Source of the DNA: an uncultured delta proteobacterium
GTDB lineage: Bacteria > Myxococcota_A > Polyangia > Polyangiales > B10-G4
DNA: 64,000 nucleotides
Direction: 5' to 3'
NCBI GenBank assembly: GCA_963727445.1
Contig: CAVSGI010000010.1
Location: 320,001-384,000 of the forward strand
The notes beneath the pieces were generated by a model. That model saw nothing but the letters and a program-made list of their open reading frames with translations. It was not told the DNA's origin and did not search any database. This document shows positions 1 through 8,858 of this stretch, in pieces. The translations under genes and the position numbers were made by a program. Every line of letters starts with the position of its first letter. The stretch's first letter is position 1.

Positions 1-45
1 ACCAGATCCTTAGTCTGGCGCGTCTGCCAATTCCGCCACTTCCGC
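1..45 (-). tRNA. tRNA-Leu, 5' part only (3' part runs off the window); anticodon reads AAG
   Basis: Reverse complement of 1-45 is GCGGAAGTGGCGGAATTGGCAGACGCGCCAGACTAAGGATCTGGT: acceptor-stem start, Leu-type D arm (GGCGGAATTGGCAGACGC), anticodon stem CCAGA/TCTGG with 7-nt loop CTAAGGA. Confidence 0.93.
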
Positions 46-83
46 AGATTGGGTCGGCGAAATTAGCCGTCGCCCGCCGTTTG

Positions 84-539
84 TCAAGCCACGCTCATGA
101 CCCGCGTCAGGCGCAGGACCACGGGCAGGTTCACCAGGGCGCCGAACATCTGAATGGCCCCGCTCGAGCTCGCTTCGAAGACTGCTCGGGTGTTCTCTCC
201 CCGCGGGTCCGGCAGGCCCAGCCGGGGCACGATCTCCATCAGCGACATGCGGGTGATCCAGTCGCTCTCGGCGCGGATGGTGAGGTCCGGGATCCCGACG
301 ATCCCGTCGTAGACCACCAGGCCCCGCCAACTGAAATGCAGCGTGATGGCGACCCGCGCGTCGCTCACGACCATGGCGATGCGGCCCCTGAGGCGGTCGA
401 AGTCGCGGCGCTTGTCGGGGTGGTCGGCGATGTTCTGGCGGATCAGCTCCGACACCATCAAGGCGAAGCCGTTTTCGTCGGCGCCCTCCGCCAGCTCGAT
501 GCGCGGGGGGGGCGGTGCGCGGTGTCCGACAGGCTCCAA
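84..539 (-). CDS. SCP2/sterol-carrier-like hypothetical protein
   Basis: 151-aa ORF starting 3 bp after the stop of the upstream SCP2 gene; 'PDLTIRAESDWI...GAIQMFG' resembles an SCP2 fold. Confidence 0.55.
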   Translation of the reverse strand: MEPVGHRAPPPPRIELAEGADENGFALMVSELIRQNIADHPDKRRDFDRLRGRIAMVVSDARVAITLHFSWRGLVVYDGIVGIPDLTIRAESDWITRMSLMEIVPRLGLPDPRGENTRAVFEASSSGAIQMFGALVNLPVVLRLTRVMSVA

Positions 540-542
540 GGC

Positions 543-974
543 TCAGCTCTCGTCGACGAAGGTGGTGTCCACGTTGGTCGCGCTCACCACCAGCTGCCGC
601 GAAGACTCGACGTACTTGAGCATCGTCGGCAGGTGACCCTTCGTGAGCTTGAGCTTGCCCTGCATCATCGCCTTGATCGGGTCGTGCATGCCCCGAACGA
701 CCTCTTTCCACATGGGATAGGGCGCGACGATGATGAACGGCGCTTCCTGCACCGCGTCCATGCCGTGGACGAACTTGGTGCCGTGACACTGTCCCCCGCC
801 GACGTCGAGGATCATCCCGGTGTCCTCTGCGATGCCCTTTTCCGGGTCGGCCTTGATCACCATCGCGACCTTGCCGTGGGTCCAGTCCTTGCCCGCTGTC
901 CGATACGCCTCGTTCGCGTTCACCGCGTCGGCGTATGCGTCGGTCCAGTCCTTCGAGGGGAAGAGATGCGCCAT
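543..974 (-). CDS. SCP2 sterol/lipid-binding domain protein
   Basis: MAHLFPSKDW...ANEAY..AGKDW and 'DPIKAMMQGKLKLTKG' are typical SCP2 motifs; in-frame ATG chosen at 974. Confidence 0.8.
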   Translation of the reverse strand: MAHLFPSKDWTDAYADAVNANEAYRTAGKDWTHGKVAMVIKADPEKGIAEDTGMILDVGGGQCHGTKFVHGMDAVQEAPFIIVAPYPMWKEVVRGMHDPIKAMMQGKLKLTKGHLPTMLKYVESSRQLVVSATNVDTTFVDES

Positions 975-1039
975 CGGCGCGTGCTTATACCGCTTGGTTG
1001 CCCTGTGCAAACAGCCATGCGGTTGGTAGGAGTCTTCGG

Positions 1040-1810
1040 GTGGCGGTCATCCTCACCTCCGAGCTCCTCACGCGGCACGGCTTCGCGCACGGATTCTCCC
1101 TGAGAACCGGCGGGGTCTCGGAGCCGCCCTTCGACAGCCTCAACCTGGCCCGCACGGTGGGCGATGACCCGGAGGCGGTGGCGGAGAACACCCGCCGCTT
1201 CGCCGAGGCCCTCGCGCCGGGCCAGCCCCCGGCGATCTTCGAGGTGAGCCAGGTGCACGGCGCGGTGGTGCGCGAGGTCGGCGAGGGCGAGGGGGTGGCG
1301 GCGGTTCGCGAGACCGAGGCCGACGCCCTCGTGATCGGCGCCTCCGCGGGGGCGGTCGCCGTGCGCACCGCCGACTGCGTGCCCATCCTCGTGGGCGACC
1401 GCGAGAGCCGGACGGTGGCCGCGATCCACGCCGGGTGGCGTGGCACGGTGCGGGGGGTGATCGGCGCCACCTTCGAGGTGCTGTCCCGGCGTGGGGTCGC
1501 GCCGGGGTCGCTGGTGGCTGCCATCGGGCCGCACATCCGGCTCGACGCGTTCGAGGTGGGCGAGGACGTGGCGAGGGAGATCGCAGCGGCGGCGCCCGAC
1601 GAAGAAGACGTGATTTGCTGGGACGAGCCGCGACCCCACGTCGACCTCTCGCGCGTCGTGCGCGCGCAGCTCGTGGGGCTCGGTGTTGCGCGCGAGGCCA
1701 TCGACGACGTCGGCGGCTGTACCTTCACGGAGGCGGCGCGCTTCTTCAGTTACCGGCGCGACCACGAGCGCTCCGGCCGCCATCTGTCCGCCATCGCGGG
1801 TACGCGATAG
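1040..1810 (+). CDS. pgeF: PgeF/YfiH family protein (purine nucleoside phosphorylase/peptidoglycan editing factor)
   Basis: Motifs HGFS.R.GGVS, SLNL, QVHG, TADCVPIL, AIHAGWRG, IGPHI, FFSYRR; GTG at 1040 follows a GGAG Shine-Dalgarno. Confidence 0.92.
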   Translation: MAVILTSELLTRHGFAHGFSLRTGGVSEPPFDSLNLARTVGDDPEAVAENTRRFAEALAPGQPPAIFEVSQVHGAVVREVGEGEGVAAVRETEADALVIGASAGAVAVRTADCVPILVGDRESRTVAAIHAGWRGTVRGVIGATFEVLSRRGVAPGSLVAAIGPHIRLDAFEVGEDVAREIAAAAPDEEDVICWDEPRPHVDLSRVVRAQLVGLGVAREAIDDVGGCTFTEAARFFSYRRDHERSGRHLSAIAGTR

Positions 1811-1818
1811 AGTGAAGC

Positions 1819-3111
1819 GTGTCGTCCCGCTTGCTCTTGGTCCTGCCTCTGCTGCTCGTCCCGCCCGGCGTCGTCGCTTCCGGGTGTGCGGGCACCGAGT
1901 GCAATTTCAACTCGCAATGCCCGCGCACGCACTACTGCTACGAGAACCGCTGCTATCAGGACTGCCAGCGCGACTTCGACTGCGACACCGGCGAGGTGTG
2001 CAGCGCGGTGGGGCAGTGCGTGCCCGAGGGGACGCTCGACTCGGGGATGCCGCCGGCCGACTCCGCCATGCCGCCGGTCGACTCGGGGATGCCGCCGGCC
2101 GACACCGGGACGCCGCCAGCCGACACGGGGACGCCGCCGACCGACACGGGCACACCGCCGATGGATACGGGGACGCCGCCGACCGACACCGGCACGCCGC
2201 CCACGGATACCGGCACCACCACCGGCAGCGGCGGCTACCTCGATCGCTGCACGGGTGACTCGGACTGCATGAGCGGGCGCTGCGTGGTGGACATCGGCTC
2301 TTCGCGTATGTGCACGCGCACCTGTACTCAGGACTCCGACTGCGCCGACGGGCATCTGTGCGGCGGCGGGGTCTGCCTGCGGGACGACACCGGCACGCCC
2401 TGCGCCACGAGCACGCCCGCGACCTGCAACGCCGGCTACTGCGTGGGCCCCTCGGGCTCCACCGGCGCGTGCACCAAGCAGTGCACGAGCTCGGCGACCT
2501 GCCCGGCGGGCTACGCATGCACCAACGTCAGCGGCACCTTCGTGTGCGTCGACATCGAGAAGTCGTGCTCGGCCGCGGCGGATTGTGCGACCGGGCTCTG
2601 CATCCCGGGCCTCGGCTGCACCTCCACCTGCCGGAGCGCGGCGGACTGTCCGGCTCGGATCTCCGGGCTCGCCGCTTACACCTGCGCGGTGGCGCGCGGC
2701 TCGTCGGTTCCTATCTGCGATCCCCCGTCCGACATCGCGGGCGACGACCCCATCGGCGCGACCTGTCCGGCGGTGGGCACCTTCGCGTGCCGCAGCGGCG
2801 TCTGCGACACGGACGCGACGCCGGTGCCCATGTGCACCCAGGCCTGCACGCCCGAGGGTGGATGCGCGCCCGGCTTCGGTTGCTACCCGGTCTCGGATGG
2901 CGCCGGCGGCTTCGTGCTCGCGTGTGCCCGCGCGGGGACCGGCGCTCTCGGGAGCCCCTGCGCCAGGGCGTCGGATTGCGACTCCGCTCTGTGCCACAGC
3001 ATCTCGTCGAGCATGGGCGTGTGCACACGGTATTGCGCGGATGCTCTGTGCCCTACGGGCTGGAGCTGCGTACCGGAGCCGCTGGTGGGCCTGCCCATCT
3101 GCCGCCCCTAG
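1819..3111 (+). CDS. Cys-rich secreted/lipoprotein with Pro-Thr-Asp-Gly linker (myxobacterial type)
   Basis: Hydrophobic N-terminus ending VASGC, repeated disulfide modules (C..D.DC..G.C), tandem DTGTPP(T/A) linker. Confidence 0.8.
   Translation: MSSRLLLVLPLLLVPPGVVASGCAGTECNFNSQCPRTHYCYENRCYQDCQRDFDCDTGEVCSAVGQCVPEGTLDSGMPPADSAMPPVDSGMPPADTGTPPADTGTPPTDTGTPPMDTGTPPTDTGTPPTDTGTTTGSGGYLDRCTGDSDCMSGRCVVDIGSSRMCTRTCTQDSDCADGHLCGGGVCLRDDTGTPCATSTPATCNAGYCVGPSGSTGACTKQCTSSATCPAGYACTNVSGTFVCVDIEKSCSAAADCATGLCIPGLGCTSTCRSAADCPARISGLAAYTCAVARGSSVPICDPPSDIAGDDPIGATCPAVGTFACRSGVCDTDATPVPMCTQACTPEGGCAPGFGCYPVSDGAGGFVLACARAGTGALGSPCARASDCDSALCHSISSSMGVCTRYCADALCPTGWSCVPEPLVGLPICRP
2038..2214 (+). repeat. 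Imperfect 21-bp coding tandem repeat, about 8 units, encoding D(S/T)G(M/T)PPx
   Basis: Consecutive units such as GACTCGGGGATGCCGCCGGCC and GACACCGGGACGCCGCCAGCC. Confidence 0.85.
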
Positions 3112-3180
3112 GCTGCTCCGCCCACCTGACGCGGCGCGGCTTTTGGCCGTCCCCCATTCGTGGTATCGCTTGGCCCCTCC

Positions 3181-4020
3181 ATGGGCTGGTTCGAAAAGGG
3201 CAAGGCGACCACCGACGCCGCCGACAAGAAGACCCTCGGCGAGGGGGTGTTCCGTCGATGCGACGACTGCGGTGAGACGGCCCTCGAGGAGAGCTTCACC
3301 GCCAACGACGAGGTCTGCCCGGGCTGCGGCTACCACTACCGCCTCAGCGGCGAGCGCTGGGTGGAGCTGATCCTCGACGAGAACTCCTTCACCGTCTACG
3401 ACACCGGCCTCACCAGTGGCGATCCCCTCGGCTTCGTCGACTCCAAGGCCTACCCGGATCGGGTGGTCGCCTCGCGCAAGAAGACCGGCCTCGACGACGC
3501 CGTCATCACCGGTGAAGGGCAGCTCGCCGGGCGCGACATTCAACTCGGTGTGTTCATGTTCCGCTTCATGGGCGGCTCGATGGGCTCCGTCGTGGGCGAG
3601 AAGCTCACCCGCATGTTCGAGCGAGGCGCCGAGAAGAAGCAGCCGGTGATCCTCTTGTCGTCGAGCGGTGGCGCCCGCATGCAGGAGGGGATTCTCTCGC
3701 TGATGCAGATGGGCAAGAGCGTGGCGGCGCTCGGGCGGGTGCGCGACGCGGGCGTGCCCTTCATCAGCGTGCTCCTCAATCCGACGACCGGCGGCGTCGC
3801 CGCGAGCTTCGCCCTGCTGGGCGACGTGAACGTCGCGGAGCCGAAGGCGTTGATCGGCTTCGCGGGCGCGCGCGTGATCGAGCAGACGATCCGGCAGACC
3901 CTGCCGGAGGGCTTTCAGCGGGCGGAGTTCCTGCTCGAGCACGGCATGGTGGATGTCATCGCGCCGCGTTCGGAGATGCGCGAGACCCTCGCGCTGATCC
4001 TCCACCACCTCTGCGACTGA
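3181..4020 (+). CDS. accD: Acetyl-CoA carboxylase carboxyltransferase beta subunit
   Basis: Zn finger CDDC...CPGC, FMGGSMGSVVGEK, SGGARMQEG, PTTGGV.ASFA, LPEGFQRAEFLLEHGMVD. Confidence 0.97.
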   Translation: MGWFEKGKATTDAADKKTLGEGVFRRCDDCGETALEESFTANDEVCPGCGYHYRLSGERWVELILDENSFTVYDTGLTSGDPLGFVDSKAYPDRVVASRKKTGLDDAVITGEGQLAGRDIQLGVFMFRFMGGSMGSVVGEKLTRMFERGAEKKQPVILLSSSGGARMQEGILSLMQMGKSVAALGRVRDAGVPFISVLLNPTTGGVAASFALLGDVNVAEPKALIGFAGARVIEQTIRQTLPEGFQRAEFLLEHGMVDVIAPRSEMRETLALILHHLCD

Positions 4021-4034
4021 AGAAGAGCTTCGAA

Positions 4035-5352
4035 GTGCCCTCGTCGTACCAGGACGCCATTCGCCGGCTCTACGGCCTCAGGAATCGCGGCATGAAGCTC
4101 GATCTCGATCGGGTGGTGGAGGCCGCGCGGCTGCGGGGCGACCCGCAGCGCGAGATGGGGTTGGTGGTGCAGGTCGCCGGCACCAACGGCAAGGGCAGCA
4201 CCGCGGTGATGATCGAGTCGATGGCGCGGGCGGCGGGGTATCGCACGGGCCTGTTCACCTCGCCGCACATGCATCGCTTCGGGGAGCGGATCCGGATCGA
4301 TGGCGTGCCCCTGGGAGACGACGCGCTCGAGCCGCGGATCGCCGAGCTCCTCCACGCGACGGCCCAGCCCGGCTTTCCGGAGCTGAGCTTCTTCGAGATC
4401 GCGACGCTCCTGGCCTTCGAGGCCTTTCGGGACGCGCGCACCCACGTCGCCGTGCTCGAGGTGGGGCTGGGCGGGCGTCTCGACGCGACCAGCGTCGCGG
4501 CCGCGGACGTGGGCGTGATCACCAAGGTGTCCTTCGATCACTGCCGCATCCTGGGGAGTGACCTCGCGCAGATCGCGACCGAGAAGGCGGGGATCATCCG
4601 GCAGGGTGCGCGGGTGGTGAGCGCGCGACAGCATCCGCACGCCTTCGACGTGCTCGAGCGCATCGCGGAGGATCGGGGCGCGCACTTGTCGATGTTGGAT
4701 CGCGACTTTCACGTGCGGCCGAGCGGAGACGGGCAGCAGCGGATCGACGTGGTGATCCACGGGGCGACGCGCGTCGACGTGCCGCCCGAAGACGATCCGC
4801 GGGCTCACGGTGGGGCTCGCGGGCTCCCACCAGGTGGACAACGCGGCCTGCGCCGTCGCGGCGGTGGACGCGCTTCGCGACAAGGGCGCGCCGATGGAGG
4901 ACGCGGCCATCGCGCGCGGGCTCGCGGAGGCGTCCTGGCCGGGGCGCCTCGAGCGCATCGAAGCGGCGCCCCCCGTGATCCTCGACGTCGCGCACAACCC
5001 CGACGGCTGCGCGATCCTGGCGTCCTATCTGGCGACGCGTCCGCGCAAACGGCGCGCCCTGGTCTTCGGCGCCATGCACGACAAGGATCTCGACGGCATG
5101 CTCCGTCCGCTGGAGGGCCTCTTCGCGCATCGGGTCTGGACGCGGCCGAACATGGATCGCGCCGAGGAGCCCGCGCGCCTCGCGCAGCTGTCGTACGGCG
5201 AGGTGGTGCGTGACGTCGGTCGCGCCGTGCGGCGCGCTCAGAGCCTGGTCGGTGAGGAGGGGGAGGTCGTGGTGGCCGGCTCCATGTTCGTGGTCGCCGA
5301 AGCGCGCGCCATGCTCCTCGACCTCGGCGGAGAAGAGCTGATCGGGATGTAG
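4035..5352 (+). CDS. folC: Folylpolyglutamate synthase/dihydrofolate synthase; apparent frameshift near 4760-4800
   Basis: VAGTNGKGST, FTSPH, LEVGLGGRLDAT in ORF 4035-5213; HQVDNAA, WPGRLE, LDVAHNPDG, AGSMFVV in ORF 4810-5352; conserved accD-folC order. Confidence 0.93.
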
Positions 5353-5376
5353 TCGGCCCGCGGGCCGCGATCTCCC

Positions 5377-6252
5377 TTGACACTCGAGGGCTCCGCCCGC
5401 GAACGTCCACGCGTGAGCTTTGCCGGGCGTGAGGTCGTCTGTTTCGAGGGTCGACGCGCGGCGGAGATGGCCGAGATGGTGCGCGCGCGAGGCGGCGTGC
5501 CGATCAGCGCGCCCACGATGGTGGAGAGCCCGCTCGACCCCGGGCCGGACGTGATCGAGCTCGTTTCGCGTTTGCGGAAGAGCGACCTCGACGCGGTTCT
5601 CTTTCTGACCCGCGGCGGCGTGACGGCGCTCCCGGGCGCGACCCGGACCATCTGCTCCAACGACGAGCTGGTGGCGGCGCTGCGCGCGATCCCCCTCGGC
5701 GCGCGCGGGCCCAAGACCCAGGCGGCGCTGCAGAAGCTGCTGGGCGAAGGGGAGGGTGAGATCGTCCTGTCCGATCGCCCGCATCGCTGGCAGGGGCTGA
5801 TCGAGGCGATGGACCGGGCTCATCCGCTCGGCGGGATGGCGGTGGCCATCATCGAGCACGGCGTCCGGCCGGTGGGGCTTCGGAGCGAGCTCATCGACCG
5901 GGGCGTCGAGGCGCTCTCGGTGGCGCTCTACCGGTGGGTGTTGCCCGACGACATCTCGCCGGTCACCGACGCGATCACCCGACTCATCGACGGTCGGGCC
6001 AATATCGCGCTCTTCACCAGCGGACCGCAGATCGACGGGCTGATGGGTGTCGCGGCCGAGCAGGATCTCGACGAGCCGCTCCTGCACGCGCTGTCCCGCG
6101 CGCTGGTGGGCGCCGTCGGGTATGTGACCGCCGAGCGACTTCGGACCTTCGGCGTCGAGGCGGATTTCGTGCCCATCGAGGCGCGAATGGAAGATCTCGT
6201 ACGCGACGCAGCGGGCCGTGCGGCAGACTATCTGGGAGAGGACCCAACATGA
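5377..6252 (+). CDS. hemD: Uroporphyrinogen-III synthase family protein (start may be the GTG at 5413)
   Basis: EGRRAAEMAEMV..RGG.P, ARGPKT, LYRWVLP, FTSGPQI; its stop overlaps the hemE start. Confidence 0.8.
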   Translation: MTLEGSARERPRVSFAGREVVCFEGRRAAEMAEMVRARGGVPISAPTMVESPLDPGPDVIELVSRLRKSDLDAVLFLTRGGVTALPGATRTICSNDELVAALRAIPLGARGPKTQAALQKLLGEGEGEIVLSDRPHRWQGLIEAMDRAHPLGGMAVAIIEHGVRPVGLRSELIDRGVEALSVALYRWVLPDDISPVTDAITRLIDGRANIALFTSGPQIDGLMGVAAEQDLDEPLLHALSRALVGAVGYVTAERLRTFGVEADFVPIEARMEDLVRDAAGRAADYLGEDPT

Positions 6253-7270
6253 GCGTGTTCGAGGACGCCTGTCGCAAGAAGCCGACGCCCTACACCCCGA
6301 TCTGGATCATGCGGCAGGCGGGCCGCTATCAGAAGGAGTACCGAGCCATCCGGGAGAAGGTGAGCTTCATCGAGCTGTGCAAGACGCCCGATCTCGCGGC
6401 GCAGGTGACGCTGTTGCCGATCGAGCAGCTGGGCGTCGACGCGGCCATCATCTTCGCCGACATCCTGTTGATCCTGGAGCCTCTCGGGATCGGCTTCGAG
6501 TTCGCCAAGGACCACGGTCCGCGGATTCACCACCCGCTCCGCAGCGCGGCCGACGTCGACCAGGTGGCGGAGGAGATCGACGCCGCCGAGTCCCTCGGCT
6601 ACGTGATGGAGTCGATCCGGAAGACGCGGGCGGGGCTGCCGGAGGGCGTGCCGCTGATCGGATTCGCCGGGGCGCCCTTCACCCTCGCGAGCTACGTGGT
6701 CGAGGGCGGCGGCTCCAAGAACTACTACCACGCGAAGAAGCTGATGCTCGGCGACGAGGGCGCGTGGAACGTGCTGATGGCGAAGCTCTCGAACGCGCTG
6801 GTGGGCTACCTGAACGCGCAGATCGCGGCCGGGGCACAGGCGGTTCAGCTCTTCGACAGCTGGGTCGGGGCCTTGTCGCCGAGCGAGTACAAGCGCTACG
6901 TCCAACCGCACGTGAAGAGCATCTTCGATCGGCTCGACGCCAGCGTGCCGCACATCCACTTCGGGACGGGCAATCCGGCGCTCTATCCGCTGATGAAAGA
7001 AGCGGGGGGGACGTGATCGGCGTCGATTGGCGCGTCGACCTCGGCACGATCTGGAACGAGCTCGGCGACGTGGCGATCCAGGGCAACTTGGATTCGGCGG
7101 CGGTGCTCGCGCCGCGCGAGGCGATGAAGCGCGAGGCGAGCGCGGTGCTCGCGTCGGCGGGCGGTCGCGCGGGGCACATCTTCAACCTGGGGCACGGCAT
7201 CATGCCCGAAGCGGACGTCGATCAGGTGCGCGCGCTCGTCGATCACGTGCACGAAGAGAGCGCGCGCTGA
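6249..7270 (+). CDS. hemE: Uroporphyrinogen decarboxylase; apparent 1-bp deletion in the G run at 7004-7010
   Basis: PIWIMRQAGRY, DAAIIFADIL, PLIGFAGAPFTLASY, QLFDSW; continues in another frame with DVIGVDW, QGNLD, HIFNLGHG. Confidence 0.95.
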
Positions 7271-7277
7271 GCTCCGC

Positions 7278-8690
7278 ATGAAGGTCGTGGTCATCGGCGG
7301 GGGGATCAGCGGCCTCGCGGCGGCGCACCGCGTGATGGAGCGCGATCCGAGCGCCGAGGTGACGCTCCTCGAGGCGACCTCGCGGGTGGGCGGGTTGATC
7401 CACACCGAGGTGACCGACGACGGCTACGTGATCGAGCGGGGCGCGGAGTCGATCATCACCGACAAGCCCTGGGCGCTGGACCTCGCCAAGCGTCTGGGGC
7501 TCGGCTCGGAGATCGTGTCGACGGTCGCCGCGCGACGCGGGGCTTACGTGGTGTCGCGCCGCAAGCTCGAGCGGATCCCCGAGGGCTTTTCGCTGTTGGC
7601 GCCGATGCGCATCGGGCCGTTCTTGAAGACGCCGATTCTGTCGCCGGGCGGCAAGGCGCGCGCCGCGCTCGACCTGGTGCTTCCGCGCGGGCGTGCCGAT
7701 GACGAGAGCCTGGCCGATTTCGTGCGGCGCCGCTTCGGGCAGGAGCTCCTCGACCGCCTGGCGCAGCCGCTGGTCAGCGGCATCTACGGCGCGCCAGCGG
7801 ACAAGCTGAGCCTCGAGGCGACGATGCCGCGCTTCGTCGAGATGGAGCGCGAGGGGCGGAGCGTGAGCCTGGCGCTCAGGCGCCGGCAGCGGCGCGCGGC
7901 GCGGGGCGGGAAGGGGACCGGCGGCGAGGCGGCGTCGGGGGCGCGCTATGGGCTCTTCATCAGCTTTCGGCTCGGCAACCAGATGCTGGTGGACGCGCTC
8001 GCGCGGGCGCTCGGGGAACGAGTGCGGCTCGACGCGCCGGTCGAGTCGCTCGGGCGCGTGGGGGACGGGTGGCGGGTGCAGGCGAAGGGCGAGACGCTCA
8101 CGGCGGACGCGGTAATTGTCGCGCTGCCGGCGCATCGTGCGGCGCCGCTCGTCGATGAAGCGGCGCCAGGGCTCGACGATTCGCTGCGGGAGATCCCTTA
8201 CGGGTCGGCGGCGACCGTCACCTTCGCTTTTCGTCGCGAGGAGATCGCGCATCCGCTCGACGCGTATGGGTTCGTGGTGCCGGCGATCGAGCAGAAGGCG
8301 GTGCTGGCGTCGACGTGGCTGAGCCGCAAGTGGCCAGGGCGCGCACCGAGCGGCATGGAGCTGATCCGGGTCTTTCTCGGCGGCGCGGGATGTCCTGAGG
8401 CGCCGCGCTGGGACGACGAGCGTCTGCTGCGCTCGGCGCGCGAAGAGCTCGAAGAGCTCATGGGCGTGAGGGGCGAGCCGACGCTGGTGCGCATCGACCG
8501 CTACCTCGACGCCATGCCTCACTACTACGTCGGCCACAAGAAGCGCGTCGCCGCCATCCAAAAGAGGGTCGCCCAGCTCCCCGGCCTCCACCTCGCCGGC
8601 AACGCCTACGAAGGCGTCGGCATCCCCGACTCCATCCGCGTAGCCGAACGAGCCGCCGACTCCGCCACGGGAACGCTCCACACTTCCTGA
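7278..8690 (+). CDS. hemG: Protoporphyrinogen/coproporphyrinogen oxidase (HemY/HemG flavoprotein)
   Basis: VIGGGISGLAAA FAD motif, ERGAES, PLVSGIYG, LAGNAYEGVGIPD; follows hemE. Confidence 0.93.
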   Translation: MKVVVIGGGISGLAAAHRVMERDPSAEVTLLEATSRVGGLIHTEVTDDGYVIERGAESIITDKPWALDLAKRLGLGSEIVSTVAARRGAYVVSRRKLERIPEGFSLLAPMRIGPFLKTPILSPGGKARAALDLVLPRGRADDESLADFVRRRFGQELLDRLAQPLVSGIYGAPADKLSLEATMPRFVEMEREGRSVSLALRRRQRRAARGGKGTGGEAASGARYGLFISFRLGNQMLVDALARALGERVRLDAPVESLGRVGDGWRVQAKGETLTADAVIVALPAHRAAPLVDEAAPGLDDSLREIPYGSAATVTFAFRREEIAHPLDAYGFVVPAIEQKAVLASTWLSRKWPGRAPSGMELIRVFLGGAGCPEAPRWDDERLLRSAREELEELMGVRGEPTLVRIDRYLDAMPHYYVGHKKRVAAIQKRVAQLPGLHLAGNAYEGVGIPDSIRVAERAADSATGTLHTS

Positions 8691-8700
8691 CTCCCCCCCC

Positions 8701-8857
8701 ACGGGGACGGTCTACACTTTTCAACTTTCCTCCCCACCACTCCGCCACGGGGACCGGTCCGCGACGGGGACGGTCTACACTTTTCAACTTTCCTCCGCGG
8801 GACGTACCGCCACGCGGACCGGCTCGGCGCGAAAGTTGAAAAGTGTAGACCGTCCCC
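8701..8857. repeat. Intergenic repeat cluster 1: direct copies at 8701-8733 and 8764-8796 and an inverted copy at 8831-8857 of core GGGGACGGTCTACACTTTTCAACTTTC
   Basis: Exact matches read directly; lies between the convergent stops of hemG and the 8859-10025 gene. Confidence 0.95.
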
Positions 8858-8858
8858 C

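Noticed and set aside
1..100. tRNA-anchored genomic island or prophage attachment site
   Set aside because: The tRNA 3' end lies outside the window, and no integrase or duplicated tRNA fragment was seen.
4035..7270. folC and hemE as pseudogenes or programmed frameshifts
   Set aside because: Both halves are otherwise intact, the hemE shift lies in a G homopolymer, and similar indels hit essential rpsB/tsf; sequencing error is the simpler explanation.
8701..8857. CRISPR mini-array (27-33-bp repeats with ~30-bp spacers; also 16985-17062)
   Set aside because: Only two direct copies per locus, one copy is inverted, spacers are low-complexity GC-rich, periods differ (63 versus 51 bp), and there are no cas genes or leader.
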